NCBI GenBank assembly: GCA_900768345.1
Contig: CAAGCO010000020.1
Location: 68,002 to 132,001, forward strand
DNA length: 64,000 bases
Source: Bacilli bacterium
GTDB taxonomy: Bacteria > Bacillota_I > Bacilli_A > RF39 > UBA660
Direction of reading: 5' to 3'
The notes beneath the pieces were generated by a model. That model was not told the origin of the DNA. It made no database searches and saw nothing but the letters and a program-made list of their open reading frames with translations. Positions 48,725-58,440 of the stretch are shown here, piece by piece (the first letter of the stretch is position 1; each line of letters opens with the position of its first letter). The position numbers and the translations under genes are program-made.

Positions 48725-49174
48725 ATGTTATATGAAAAAATATCAAATGATATGAAAGAAGCAATGAAAAATCATGACAAAGAATCCTTAAGTACATTAA
48801 GACTTCTTAAGTCAGCAATCGATTTATATTTAGTAAATAATAAATTAGAAAGAAACCATGCTTCAGATGATATCGTAATAGATGTAGTAAGTAAACAAGT
48901 AAAAACTCATAAAGAAAGTATTGAAGAATTCAAAAAAGGTAATAGACAAGATTTAATAGATGGTCTTGAGAAAGAGATTAAATTATTAAGCACTTACTTA
49001 CCTGAACAACTTTCAGAAGAAGAAATCAGAGCAAACATTGATAAAGTTTTTGAAGAAATTAAACCTACAAGTATGAAAGATATGGGTGCTATAATGAAAG
49101 CATTAAATCCAATATTTAAAGGTAAAGCTGATATGAAACTTGTTAATGAAATAGTTCGTGAAAAGTTAAATTAA
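48725..49174 (+). CDS. yqeY: GatB/YqeY-domain protein
   Basis: MLYEKISNDMKEAMKNHDKESLSTLRLLKSAI. Conserved rpsU-yqeY pair. Confidence 0.8.
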   Translation: MLYEKISNDMKEAMKNHDKESLSTLRLLKSAIDLYLVNNKLERNHASDDIVIDVVSKQVKTHKESIEEFKKGNRQDLIDGLEKEIKLLSTYLPEQLSEEEIRANIDKVFEEIKPTSMKDMGAIMKALNPIFKGKADMKLVNEIVREKLN

Positions 49175-49198
49175 GAAACATATGTTTCTTTTTTTTTG
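49175..49198 (+). terminator. rho-independent terminator
   Basis: Perfect palindrome gaaacatatgtttc followed by tttttttt. Confidence 0.7.
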
Positions 49199-49229
49199 CC
49201 ATAATGATATAATTTTAATGTGGTGAAAT

Positions 49230-50087
49230 ATGAAAAAAATAATTATAAGTTTGCTACTATTAATACCATTTATGGTAAAAGCAGATATAAATAAAATGTA
49301 TATAGATTCAGAAGTTGATATAGCTGGGAACCTAATAGTAAAAGAAATAATAGAAGTAGATTCTACTGATGAGTTTATACTATCAATTCCTTACAAATCA
49401 CAGAATTCTAAAGTATATAAAGAAAACAATATAGTAAAAGATGATAGCATTATATATGATGCTGAAAATATTCAAATAAACAAAATTGGAACAATTGACA
49501 CTGAGTACGATATAAATGATTTATACAAAGATGACTTTAGTAAGAATGTAACTGAATATAAAGACTATAAAATAAATGATACAAAAACTAACATAGAAAT
49601 AACTTTCGAAGAAACAAAAAAGAATAAAATATATTATTTAGAATATTTAGTGCTTTGCACATCAGTTAAACATAATGATTCAGCAGAATTATATTATTCT
49701 TATATAAGAAACTCTAATCAAAATATAAAAGAAGCAGTCATTATCACAAGATTACCAGAAAATTCAAACTTATTTGAAGTATATGCTCATGGCAATAATA
49801 AAATAAATGTTTCAAAAGATGATAAAGATTCTATAGTTTTAACTAAAATAAATAATTTAAAAAGAGGTAGTAGTTATAATATTAGAATACTATATGATAA
49901 AGATATATTTAAAATAGCTATAAATGACTCTAAAAAAAGTAATATAAATGCAGTAAATTTAATAAAAGATATAGAGAATAGCAAACTAAATAAAAGTAAT
50001 TTTTTAAATGTATATAAATATATAAGTATTCCATTAATTATAGTACTAATTGTTTCATTTATAATAATTAAAAGGAAAACAAAATGA
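49230..50087 (+). CDS. hypothetical secreted protein with C-terminal membrane anchor
   Basis: Signal peptide MKKIIISLLLLIPFMVKA, C-terminal TM IPLIIVLIVSFIII. 4-nt overlap with the next gene. Confidence 0.4.
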   Translation: MKKIIISLLLLIPFMVKADINKMYIDSEVDIAGNLIVKEIIEVDSTDEFILSIPYKSQNSKVYKENNIVKDDSIIYDAENIQINKIGTIDTEYDINDLYKDDFSKNVTEYKDYKINDTKTNIEITFEETKKNKIYYLEYLVLCTSVKHNDSAELYYSYIRNSNQNIKEAVIITRLPENSNLFEVYAHGNNKINVSKDDKDSIVLTKINNLKRGSSYNIRILYDKDIFKIAINDSKKSNINAVNLIKDIENSKLNKSNFLNVYKYISIPLIIVLIVSFIIIKRKTK

Positions 50088-50929
50088 AAAAAGCATTAAG
50101 AAATATATTAATAATTTTAGGTGTATTGATAGTAAGTACAGTTTTAATTGTATTAGATAGTTACATTAACATTGATGTAAGTCATTATGAAATTAAAAGC
50201 GACAAATTAAATCAAAAGTATAATAATTATAAAATAATGCTTTTAACAGATTTACATAATAGAGATATAACAGAAAAACTAGTAAAAATAGTTAATGAAG
50301 AAAATCCAAATATTATAGTTATGAGTGGTGACATGATTAATGAAAAAGTAGATGGCTTTGATAATTTCTTTAATCTTTGTGAAGAACTAAAAGACAAAAC
50401 TGTATACTATGTTTTTGGCAATCACGAAGAAAATATGTCAGATGAAAAACAAAATGAATTTATAGAAAAAATAAAAGAAAAAACAAATGTAATTTTACTT
50501 AATAATGATAAAGTAGAACTAGATGATAGTTTTACTATCTATGGATTTAGTCACCAAGTTAAATATTATTTAGCAAGTACTAAAGAAAAAATAGACTTAA
50601 ATTATATTGAAGAAAGAATAGGAAAAATAGATATTAATAAGTTTAATTTACTTATATCACATGATCCATTATTATATAATTTATATAGCGAATATGGCTT
50701 TGATATGGTATTAAGTGGACATTTGCATGGCGGTATTATAAATATTCCATTTGTAGGAGGACTTTTATCACCTGATTTCACATTCTTTCCAAAGTATTAT
50801 AAAGGAGTAAATAAGATAGGAAATACTAATTTAGTTATTTCAAGAGGACTTGGTTATGGTTATATGATACCTATAAGAGTGTTTAATAGAGGAGAAGTAG
50901 TAATTATAAATTTAATGAAAAACGAATAG
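50084..50929 (+). CDS. membrane-anchored calcineurin-like metallophosphoesterase
   Basis: N-terminal TM, motifs LLTDLHN, SGDMIN, GNHE, SHDP, GHLHGG. Confidence 0.75.
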   Translation: MKKALRNILIILGVLIVSTVLIVLDSYINIDVSHYEIKSDKLNQKYNNYKIMLLTDLHNRDITEKLVKIVNEENPNIIVMSGDMINEKVDGFDNFFNLCEELKDKTVYYVFGNHEENMSDEKQNEFIEKIKEKTNVILLNNDKVELDDSFTIYGFSHQVKYYLASTKEKIDLNYIEERIGKIDINKFNLLISHDPLLYNLYSEYGFDMVLSGHLHGGIINIPFVGGLLSPDFTFFPKYYKGVNKIGNTNLVISRGLGYGYMIPIRVFNRGEVVIINLMKNE

Positions 50930-50962
50930 AATTATGATATACTAATATAGGAGATAGGGTAA

Positions 50963-51574
50963 ATGAAATATATATTATATAAAACAATAAAAACACTAGG
51001 AAGACCAATATATAAGATTTTATTTTTTCCTAGATATTATGGAGTAGATAACATTCCAAAAGAAGGGGCTGTTATTTTAGCAGGGAATCATACTAATAAT
51101 TTAGATGCAGCAATGATGGTTGGAAGCCCTAATAGAGTTGTACATATGATAGCTAAAAAAGAACTATTTAATACAAAGCTAAAAAACTGGTTTTTTAGAA
51201 GCATGGCTTGTATTCCAGTAGATAGAAGTATACATGATGAAAAGTGTAAAAATGAAGCAATAGAGTATCTTGAAAGAGGAGAAGCAATTGGATTATTTCC
51301 AGAAGGAACAGTAAATAAAACAAAAGGCACTGATCATGAAGAATACTTGTTACCATTTAAATTCGGAGCAGTTTCATTTGCTAAAAAAACAGGAGCATAC
51401 TTAGTACCATTCGCAATTAATGGAAAATACAAATTATTCAGAAAAAGTATAAAAATAACTTATGGAAAACCATATAAAGTTACTGGAGACTTAGAAAAAG
51501 AAAATGAAATTCTAAGAAATAAAGTATATAAATTAATGAAAGAAGGAGACCGAGAGTATGAAAAAAGAAAATAA
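50963..51574 (+). CDS. PlsC-family lysophospholipid acyltransferase (paralogue 1)
   Basis: H(X4)D block AGNHTNNLDAAM, FPEGTVN block, LPFKFGAVSFAKK. Confidence 0.75.
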   Translation: MKYILYKTIKTLGRPIYKILFFPRYYGVDNIPKEGAVILAGNHTNNLDAAMMVGSPNRVVHMIAKKELFNTKLKNWFFRSMACIPVDRSIHDEKCKNEAIEYLERGEAIGLFPEGTVNKTKGTDHEEYLLPFKFGAVSFAKKTGAYLVPFAINGKYKLFRKSIKITYGKPYKVTGDLEKENEILRNKVYKLMKEGDREYEKRK

Positions 51575-53303
51575 TAAAAAAGAAACAACTAAGAATTATG
51601 AACAACCTTGGTTCAAGTATTATAAAGGTGTAAGAGCCCATATAGATTATCCCGATGTTTCAATGTACGAACTAGTAAGAAGTTGTGCCGATAAATATCC
51701 AGGCAATATCGCATACACTTATTTTGGAAACAAAGTAACATATAAAACATATATAAAAAATATAGATGAAGCAGCAAAAGCATTCGTAAGACTAGGAGTA
51801 GTAAAAGGAGATGTGGTAAGTATTATAATGCCAAACACTCCAGAAACTATTACCTGTTTTTATGCGCTAAATAAATTAGGCGCCATATGTAACATGATAC
51901 ATCCGCTTTCAAGTGAAGAAGAAATTAAATACGATATAAATCTTACCTCTTCAACATATGTAATAGTTGCAGATATCGCATTTGGAAAATTAAAAAATAT
52001 TAAAGATGAATTAAATCTTAAGAAAATAGTATATTTACCAATATGTGAATCAATGGATCCTCTGATGAAAATTGGATACAAACTTACTACTGGAAGAAAA
52101 GCAGTAAGACCAAGCGGAAGTAATGTAATTCCATATTATAGATTCATTGGAAGAAGTAAATATGAAAAAGAAGAAGTAAAAGATACTGGAAAAGGAGACG
52201 ATACCGCAGTTATTCTTCATAGTGGAGGAACAACAGGTAAACCTAAAGGAATAGTACTTACTAATAAAAACTTTAATGCATTAGTTCTAAGTGAACTTGA
52301 AATTAATAAATGCTTAGGTGATGGAATAAGTATTTTAGCAATAATGCCTATATTTCATGGATTCGGTCTTGGATGCACTTTCCATGCATGCATGGTATCA
52401 GGAGGAACAGCTATCATACTTCCAAGCGTGAATCCAAAGAAATTTGATGAAACTCTACTTAAATATAAGCCAAATATTTTAGCTTGTGTACCAAGTGTAT
52501 TAGAAGGACTTACACTAAGCAAAAAACTAGTTGATGAAGACCTTTCATTCATAAAATGTATTATTTGTGGAGGAGACTCTTTAACTGGAACACTTAATGA
52601 TAAAATAGATGAATTCTTGTATGATCATGGTAGTGAAACACATGTAAGAACAGCATTTGGTATGACAGAATGTGCAGCAGGCGTAACAATGATGCCACTT
52701 GAAACAACAAGAAAAGAAAGTATTGGTATTCCTTGTCCAGACTGTTTAATAAAAATATGTGAACCAGGAACAGACAAAGAATGTAAAAATGGAGAAGTTG
52801 GAGAAATATGCATAAGTGGTCCAACTCTTATGAAAGAATACATTAATGAACCTGAAGAAACTAAAAATACACTAAAAAAACATAAAGATGGACTTACTTG
52901 GTTACATAGTGGTGACCTTGGTACAATGGATGAAGATGGATTTGTATATTTTAAATCTAGATTAAAAAGAATGATCGTATCTAGTGGATATAATATTTAT
53001 CCAGGACAAATAGAACAAATTATATGTGAGCATCCATACGTACAAGCATGCTCAGTAGTAGGAGTTCCCCATCCATATAAAAAAGAAGTAGCAAAAGCTT
53101 ATATAGTATTAAAAGAAGGAATAGTACTAAATAGTGAAGTTAAAAAATCAATAAAAGAACACTGTGAAAAAAATATAGCTAAGTATGCACTACCATATTC
53201 ATATGGATATAGAAAAGAACTTCCTAAAACAAAATTAGGAAAAGTAGCATATAGAGATTTAATTAATTCAAAAAATGAGGAAGATGAAGATGAAAGAGAT
53301 TAA
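51558..53303 (+). CDS. AMP-forming acyl-CoA synthetase / long-chain fatty-acid--CoA ligase
   Basis: AMP-binding motif LHSGGTTGKPKGIV, WLHSGDLG, C-terminal ...SGYNIYPGQIE. 17-nt overlap with the upstream acyltransferase. Confidence 0.8.
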   Translation: MKKENNKKETTKNYEQPWFKYYKGVRAHIDYPDVSMYELVRSCADKYPGNIAYTYFGNKVTYKTYIKNIDEAAKAFVRLGVVKGDVVSIIMPNTPETITCFYALNKLGAICNMIHPLSSEEEIKYDINLTSSTYVIVADIAFGKLKNIKDELNLKKIVYLPICESMDPLMKIGYKLTTGRKAVRPSGSNVIPYYRFIGRSKYEKEEVKDTGKGDDTAVILHSGGTTGKPKGIVLTNKNFNALVLSELEINKCLGDGISILAIMPIFHGFGLGCTFHACMVSGGTAIILPSVNPKKFDETLLKYKPNILACVPSVLEGLTLSKKLVDEDLSFIKCIICGGDSLTGTLNDKIDEFLYDHGSETHVRTAFGMTECAAGVTMMPLETTRKESIGIPCPDCLIKICEPGTDKECKNGEVGEICISGPTLMKEYINEPEETKNTLKKHKDGLTWLHSGDLGTMDEDGFVYFKSRLKRMIVSSGYNIYPGQIEQIICEHPYVQACSVVGVPHPYKKEVAKAYIVLKEGIVLNSEVKKSIKEHCEKNIAKYALPYSYGYRKELPKTKLGKVAYRDLINSKNEEDEDERD

Positions 53304-54132
53304 AGCAACAGATGAATGCAGACACGAACTTGGATATAAATTAATGAGACCAATAGTTTCATGGAATTTTAAAAGAAAATATCATCCAGTCGTAATAGGA
53401 GGAGAAAATATTCCAAAAACAGGTCCATTAGTCTTCTGCGGAAACCATAGACATAAAGATGATCAATACAACGTTATGTTAGAAACTAAAAGAGTAATTC
53501 ATATGCTTTCTAAAGATGAATACTTTAAAGGAAAATCAGCATGGTTCTATAGAGCAGCAGGATGCATTCCAGTAGATAGAAGCATTCATGATGAAAACGC
53601 AAAGAGCGAAGCAAGGGCAATTCTTCATAGTAAAGGTTGCATTGGACTTTTCCCAGAAGGAACAAGAAACGAAGTAACATGTAAAGATGAAGAATTAGAA
53701 AAACTAGAAAAAATATTAAATTTATCAAAAGAAGAAATAATAGAAAAGATTAAATATAAATCTATAAGAACAACACAAGTAAATTTACTTATAGACTTAA
53801 AGAAACAAAACAAAATAACAAAAGATGAACTAAAAGAATTTGTATTAGATGCAGATAATGCATTATTGAAACTACTTAAGAAAAAAATAATCACTAAAGA
53901 AGAATATAATGAATCATTACTTCTACCATTTAAATTCGGAGCAGTATCACTTGCTAAGAAAGAAAATGCTCTTATAATTCCATTCGCAACAACGGGATTA
54001 TATAATGGAGAAAAAGAACAATTAATAACTAGAATTGGTAAGCCACTCGATATTAGCAGTATGGAACTAGAAGATGCAAATAAACTATTAAGAGAAACAA
54101 TGATTAAATTAATGCAAAAAAGTGAAGAATAG
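53275..54132 (+). CDS. PlsC-family acyltransferase with ~70-aa helical insertion (paralogue 2)
   Basis: CGNHRHKDDQYN (H(X4)D), FPEGTRNE, LPFKFGAVSLAKK. Insertion between the last two blocks. 29-nt overlap with the ligase gene. Confidence 0.7.
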   Translation: MRKMKMKEIKATDECRHELGYKLMRPIVSWNFKRKYHPVVIGGENIPKTGPLVFCGNHRHKDDQYNVMLETKRVIHMLSKDEYFKGKSAWFYRAAGCIPVDRSIHDENAKSEARAILHSKGCIGLFPEGTRNEVTCKDEELEKLEKILNLSKEEIIEKIKYKSIRTTQVNLLIDLKKQNKITKDELKEFVLDADNALLKLLKKKIITKEEYNESLLLPFKFGAVSLAKKENALIIPFATTGLYNGEKEQLITRIGKPLDISSMELEDANKLLRETMIKLMQKSEE

Positions 54133-54163
54133 TATATAATATATAAATTGTGAGGTGTAACTT

Positions 54164-55270
54164 ATGAAATTTATTTTAACAGCTGGTGGAACAGGAGGAC
54201 ATATATATCCTGCATTATCAGTTTTAGAAGAAATAAAGAAAGATAAGAAAAATGAATATTTGTACATAGGTACAAAAGATAGAATGGAAAACGAATTAAT
54301 TCCAAGTATGGGTATTCCATATGAAGGTTTAGAAATATACGGACTTTCAAAAACAAATATGGTTAAAAATATTAAAAATATAAAATGCATTAGAGACTCA
54401 TACAAAAAATGTTTAAAAATAATGGATGAATTCAAGCCTGATGCAGTAATCGCATTTGGTGGATATGTAACTCTTCCAGTATGTTTAGCTGCTAAGAAAA
54501 AAGGAGTAAAAGTATTCTTACATGAACAAAATATGCTTCCTGGAAAAACAAACATATTCCTATCTAAAAAGGTAGATGCAGTATTTGTATCATTCAAAGA
54601 TGGAACAAGAAAACTAAAGTGTAAGAATATAATTTATACAGGAAATCCAGTTAGTCAAAGAGCAATCGAAACCAAAAAATATGATAAAACAGACTTGGGA
54701 TTTACTAAAGATAAAAAACTAATTATTATAGTTATGGGATCACTTGGTAGTACATCAGTAAATGAAAAACTTTTAGATTTCTTAAGAACATACGAAAGAG
54801 AAGATACTGAAATTTTGTTCATAACAGGTAAAAAGAGTTATCCTGAATTAAGTAATAACTTAATAGTACCAAAAAGTACAAAGATAGTTCCATTCTTCGA
54901 TAATCTTCCTAGCCTTATGAAATCAGCAGATTTAATCATATCAAGAGCAGGAGCATCAACAATCGCAGAAATAATGGCAACTAAAACCCCATCAATATTA
55001 ATACCAAGTCCTTATGTAGCAAATAATCATCAATATTATAATGCATTAGACTTAGTTGATAAAAAAATAAGTATACTATTAGAAGAAAAAGACTTAAATA
55101 AAGATTCACTTACAGAAGCAATTAATGAAATATTCGAAGAAAATACATTTAAAGAAATAAAGAAAAACTTAAGTGAAATAAAAGATATGTCATCAAGTAC
55201 ATTAATAATGACAGAAATATATAAAGAATTAAAGGAAGAAAATGAAGAAAAGGGTAAGAAAAAAATTTAA
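54164..55270 (+). CDS. murG: undecaprenyldiphospho-muramoylpentapeptide beta-N-acetylglucosaminyltransferase
   Basis: MKFILTAGGTGGHIYPALSV N-terminal G-loop, 368 aa. Confidence 0.85.
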   Translation: MKFILTAGGTGGHIYPALSVLEEIKKDKKNEYLYIGTKDRMENELIPSMGIPYEGLEIYGLSKTNMVKNIKNIKCIRDSYKKCLKIMDEFKPDAVIAFGGYVTLPVCLAAKKKGVKVFLHEQNMLPGKTNIFLSKKVDAVFVSFKDGTRKLKCKNIIYTGNPVSQRAIETKKYDKTDLGFTKDKKLIIIVMGSLGSTSVNEKLLDFLRTYEREDTEILFITGKKSYPELSNNLIVPKSTKIVPFFDNLPSLMKSADLIISRAGASTIAEIMATKTPSILIPSPYVANNHQYYNALDLVDKKISILLEEKDLNKDSLTEAINEIFEENTFKEIKKNLSEIKDMSSSTLIMTEIYKELKEENEEKGKKKI

Positions 55271-55916
55271 TTTTGGTAAGTTTATATTATTCATACTAAT
55301 AATATGTCTTATTTACTTTGGAATAAAATACTTATGCAGTATAAAAACAAAAAATATAATTATAGTAAATAATAACTATTATAGTGATGAAGAAATAATT
55401 GAAACAGCTGGAATTGAAGATTACCCTAAATTCATAACTTTAAGTAGAAAAAAAATAAAAAATAAATTATCTTCTCTAGATTTAATAGAAGATGTAGAAA
55501 TTAAAAAAGAATTTGGCTTTGTATTAAGAATAACTATAAAAGAAAAGAAAATACTTTATTATATAAGAAGTAATAATGAATACAAAGTATCAGATAATAA
55601 AAATTATAGTTTAGATAATGTTAATGGAGTACCAACACTAATCAATTATGTCCCTGAAGAAGTAGAAAAGAAATTTGTAACCAAACTTAAAGAAGTAGAT
55701 TCGAACATAATAAATATGATAAGTGAAATAGAATACAATAAAACATCATATGATAGTGAAAGATTCCTATTATATATGAATGATGGTAACGAAGTATATA
55801 TAACAGTATCAAGAACAAATTTATTAAATAAATATGTAGAAATAGTTACTAAACTAGATAATAAAAAAGGAATATTATATTTAGATAGTGGTAACTACTT
55901 TGAAATAAAAAAATAG
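55242..55916 (+). CDS. cell division protein FtsQ/DivIB-like
   Basis: Short cytoplasmic tail, single TM (FILFILIICLIYFGI), POTRA-like region. Immediately downstream of and overlapping murG. Confidence 0.55.
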   Translation: MKKRVRKKFNFGKFILFILIICLIYFGIKYLCSIKTKNIIIVNNNYYSDEEIIETAGIEDYPKFITLSRKKIKNKLSSLDLIEDVEIKKEFGFVLRITIKEKKILYYIRSNNEYKVSDNKNYSLDNVNGVPTLINYVPEEVEKKFVTKLKEVDSNIINMISEIEYNKTSYDSERFLLYMNDGNEVYITVSRTNLLNKYVEIVTKLDNKKGILYLDSGNYFEIKK

Positions 55917-55954
55917 ATATGCATTATACATATCTTTTTTTAATATAATTTAAT

Positions 55955-56308
55955 ATGACAAAATTAGATAATTTTAAAAAATTTATAGCATCACACCCTG
56001 ATTTTATAGATATGGTTAGAAATAATAATACTACCTGGCAATCTTTATATGAATTATATGATATATATGGTGAAAACGAAAGCATATGGAATAAATACCT
56101 AACTTCATCACATAAAGATATCTTCAGTATGAAAGGTCTCTTAAACACTATAAAAAGTATAGATATAGCTTCATTAGAAGAAAATATAAATTCAATACAA
56201 AAGGCTGTATCATTAGTAGAAGAACTAACCAAAGAAACAAAAAAAGAAGAATCAAGTACTCCAAAAGAATCAAAAATAAATAACCTATATGGAGATAAAG
56301 ATGAATAG
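55955..56308 (+). CDS. hypothetical protein
   Basis: 117-aa ORF, no motifs. Confidence 0.35.
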   Translation: MTKLDNFKKFIASHPDFIDMVRNNNTTWQSLYELYDIYGENESIWNKYLTSSHKDIFSMKGLLNTIKSIDIASLEENINSIQKAVSLVEELTKETKKEESSTPKESKINNLYGDKDE

Positions 56309-56522
56309 AGAAGTACTAAAAAAATTAAAACAAGATCCAAAATATCTAAAATATCTAAGACAAAATTCACTATGGTATAAAACTTTAAATAGGGATCCAA
56401 CCAAATATAATGAATTTGTTAAAGCAATGAAAGTAAAATATAAATTAAGAACAATCGATAAAATTGATAACTTTGTTGATAGCGTAGATTTAATCACAAA
56501 AATCCTAGATGCATCAAAATAA
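56289..56522 (+). CDS. hypothetical small protein
   Basis: 77-aa ORF overlapping the previous ORF by 20 nt. Confidence 0.3.
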   Translation: MEIKMNREVLKKLKQDPKYLKYLRQNSLWYKTLNRDPTKYNEFVKAMKVKYKLRTIDKIDNFVDSVDLITKILDASK

Positions 56523-56635
56523 TAAATGTGTATAATTTATGTAATATAACGTTGACATATATTTTTATTTGATGCTATAATTAAAACATAAGGATAGAGA
56601 AACTATCTCGATAAAGAAAGGATTGTGATTAGTAA

Positions 56636-57101
56636 AATGAATAAGAAAGGATTTACATTAGTAGAGTTATTAGCAGTTATCGCTATCTTAGCTATCTTAG
56701 TAATTATCGCACTACCAAATGTATTATCTATGTACAATGAAGCTAGAAAAAATACATTTGTTACTGAAGTAAGAGATTACTATAAAGCAGGAGAACAAAA
56801 TTACTTATTAAACTCAGGAAAAGCTGTAGTTTATACTAGTTTAACAGGAGTTACTGGTTCTAAAACTATCGAAATGACTGGTAATAAAAATATGCAATAT
56901 TACATTACGTTCGATGCTAATGGAAAATGTACTAAATTATTAGCTACTAATGGTACATATAAGATTGAAGCAACTGCAACTGAAATCAATATTGAACAAT
57001 TAGGCGACACTTATAAAGCTATTGAAACATCAGACGAATTCGCTTTAGCTGTTGATACAAATGGTGCTAAAATTACTGGTACTGCAAAATCAACAAAATA
57101 A
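56636..57101 (+). CDS. type IV pilin / pseudopilin (ComGC/PilA-like), solitary
   Basis: MNKKG-FTLVELLAVIAILAILVIIALPN canonical prepilin signal with Glu+5. ATG 56636 chosen over the upstream GTG. Confidence 0.7.
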
Positions 57102-57125
57102 GACTTATTAAAGTCTTTTTTTTAT
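57100..57125 (+). terminator. rho-independent terminator
   Basis: aagactt-atta-aagtctt followed by ttttttt. Confidence 0.7.
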
Positions 57126-57161
57126 GCCTAAAATATTATATAATTTTTAAAGGTGATAAAA

Positions 57162-58046
57162 ATGAATTTAATAATAGGAAGCCATGTAAGTTTTAATAAT
57201 AAAAAACAACTTTTAGGTAGTGTAGAAGAAGCTATAAGCTATAATGCAAATACATTTATGATCTACACTGGTGGAGCTCAAAGTACTATGAGAAGTGCTA
57301 TAAATGATGAATTAACATATGAAGGCTATAAGTTAATGTTAGAAAATAATATAAATGCAAAAAACGTAATAGTACATGCTCCATATATAGTTAATTTAGC
57401 TAATAGAAGTGATAAAAATAAATATGATTTTTATATAGATTTTTTTATAAAAGAACTTGATAGATGTAAAACCTTAGGATTAGATAAAATAGTATTACAT
57501 CCTGGAAGTGCTACTACTTGTACTAAAGAAGAAGCAATAGAAAATATCGTTCATGGTATTAATCTAGTATATAAAAGCACAACAAATACAATGATTCTTT
57601 TAGAATTTATGTCAGGAAAAGGTACTGAAGTAGGTACATCAATTGATGAATTAAAAGCAATAATTGATAAAATAGAAGATAAGAATAGAATAGGTGTATG
57701 CCTAGACTCTTGCCATATGAATGATGCAGGAATAGATATATCTAAGATAGATGAATTTTTAGATGAATTTGATTCGAAAATTGGAATAGATAAAATAAAA
57801 TGCTTTCATATAAATGACAGTATGAATCCAATTGGAAGCCATAAAGATAGACATGCAAATATTGGATATGGAACAATAGGATTTAATAATTTATTAAATG
57901 TAGTTTATAACAAAAGACTAGAAGGAATACCATTCATTTTAGAAACACCATATATTAATAGAAATCAAAGTGATGCATACGCACCATATAAAATGGAAAT
58001 TGAAAGTATAAGAAAAAAAGAATTTATAGATTTTATAAATAAATGA
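57162..58046 (+). CDS. nfo: endonuclease IV (AP endonuclease, xylose-isomerase-like TIM barrel)
   Basis: IGSHVS...HAPYIVNLA...LHPGS... Zn-ligand His/Asp/Glu pattern. Start at ATG 57162 after AAAGGTGA. Confidence 0.85.
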   Translation: MNLIIGSHVSFNNKKQLLGSVEEAISYNANTFMIYTGGAQSTMRSAINDELTYEGYKLMLENNINAKNVIVHAPYIVNLANRSDKNKYDFYIDFFIKELDRCKTLGLDKIVLHPGSATTCTKEEAIENIVHGINLVYKSTTNTMILLEFMSGKGTEVGTSIDELKAIIDKIEDKNRIGVCLDSCHMNDAGIDISKIDEFLDEFDSKIGIDKIKCFHINDSMNPIGSHKDRHANIGYGTIGFNNLLNVVYNKRLEGIPFILETPYINRNQSDAYAPYKMEIESIRKKEFIDFINK

Positions 58047-58139
58047 TATATAGTATATTAAATTGATATCTATGTTCAATTACTGCATATTGTTTTTTAC
58101 AAGTGTTTGGAATATGTTAATAAAATAAAAATTTATTGA

Positions 58140-58394
58140 TTATTCAATAAACTTTTTATATTCATTATATTTTTCAATTATCTTTTTATAAAGTTCAGGG
58201 TTAAAATTTAATTTATAGTTAGAAATATAGCTCATAAAATTAGTATTTAAAATTTCTTCATAATCATTTTTTATAGCGTTATAGATCATGTCTATTTCTT
58301 CATCAGAAGCAGTAACACATTCTTTGCTTAAATAATTTATAATGTCTTGCTTTGTAAGTCTATTTATATACCCCTTTAATAGTTCTTTCTTCAA
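58140..58394 (-). CDS. hypothetical small protein
   Basis: 84-aa ORF downstream of the PLP enzyme gene. Confidence 0.3.
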   Translation of the reverse strand: MKKELLKGYINRLTKQDIINYLSKECVTASDEEIDMIYNAIKNDYEEILNTNFMSYISNYKLNFNPELYKKIIEKYNEYKKFIE

Positions 58395-58395
58395 A

Positions 58396-58440
58396 TAAAA
58401 ACCTCCTACTAATATAGTTTATTAGTAAGAGGCTTTTTTA
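58396..58440. terminator. bidirectional hairpin
   Basis: cctcctactaat-atagttt-attagtaagagg with T-runs on both sides. Confidence 0.5.
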
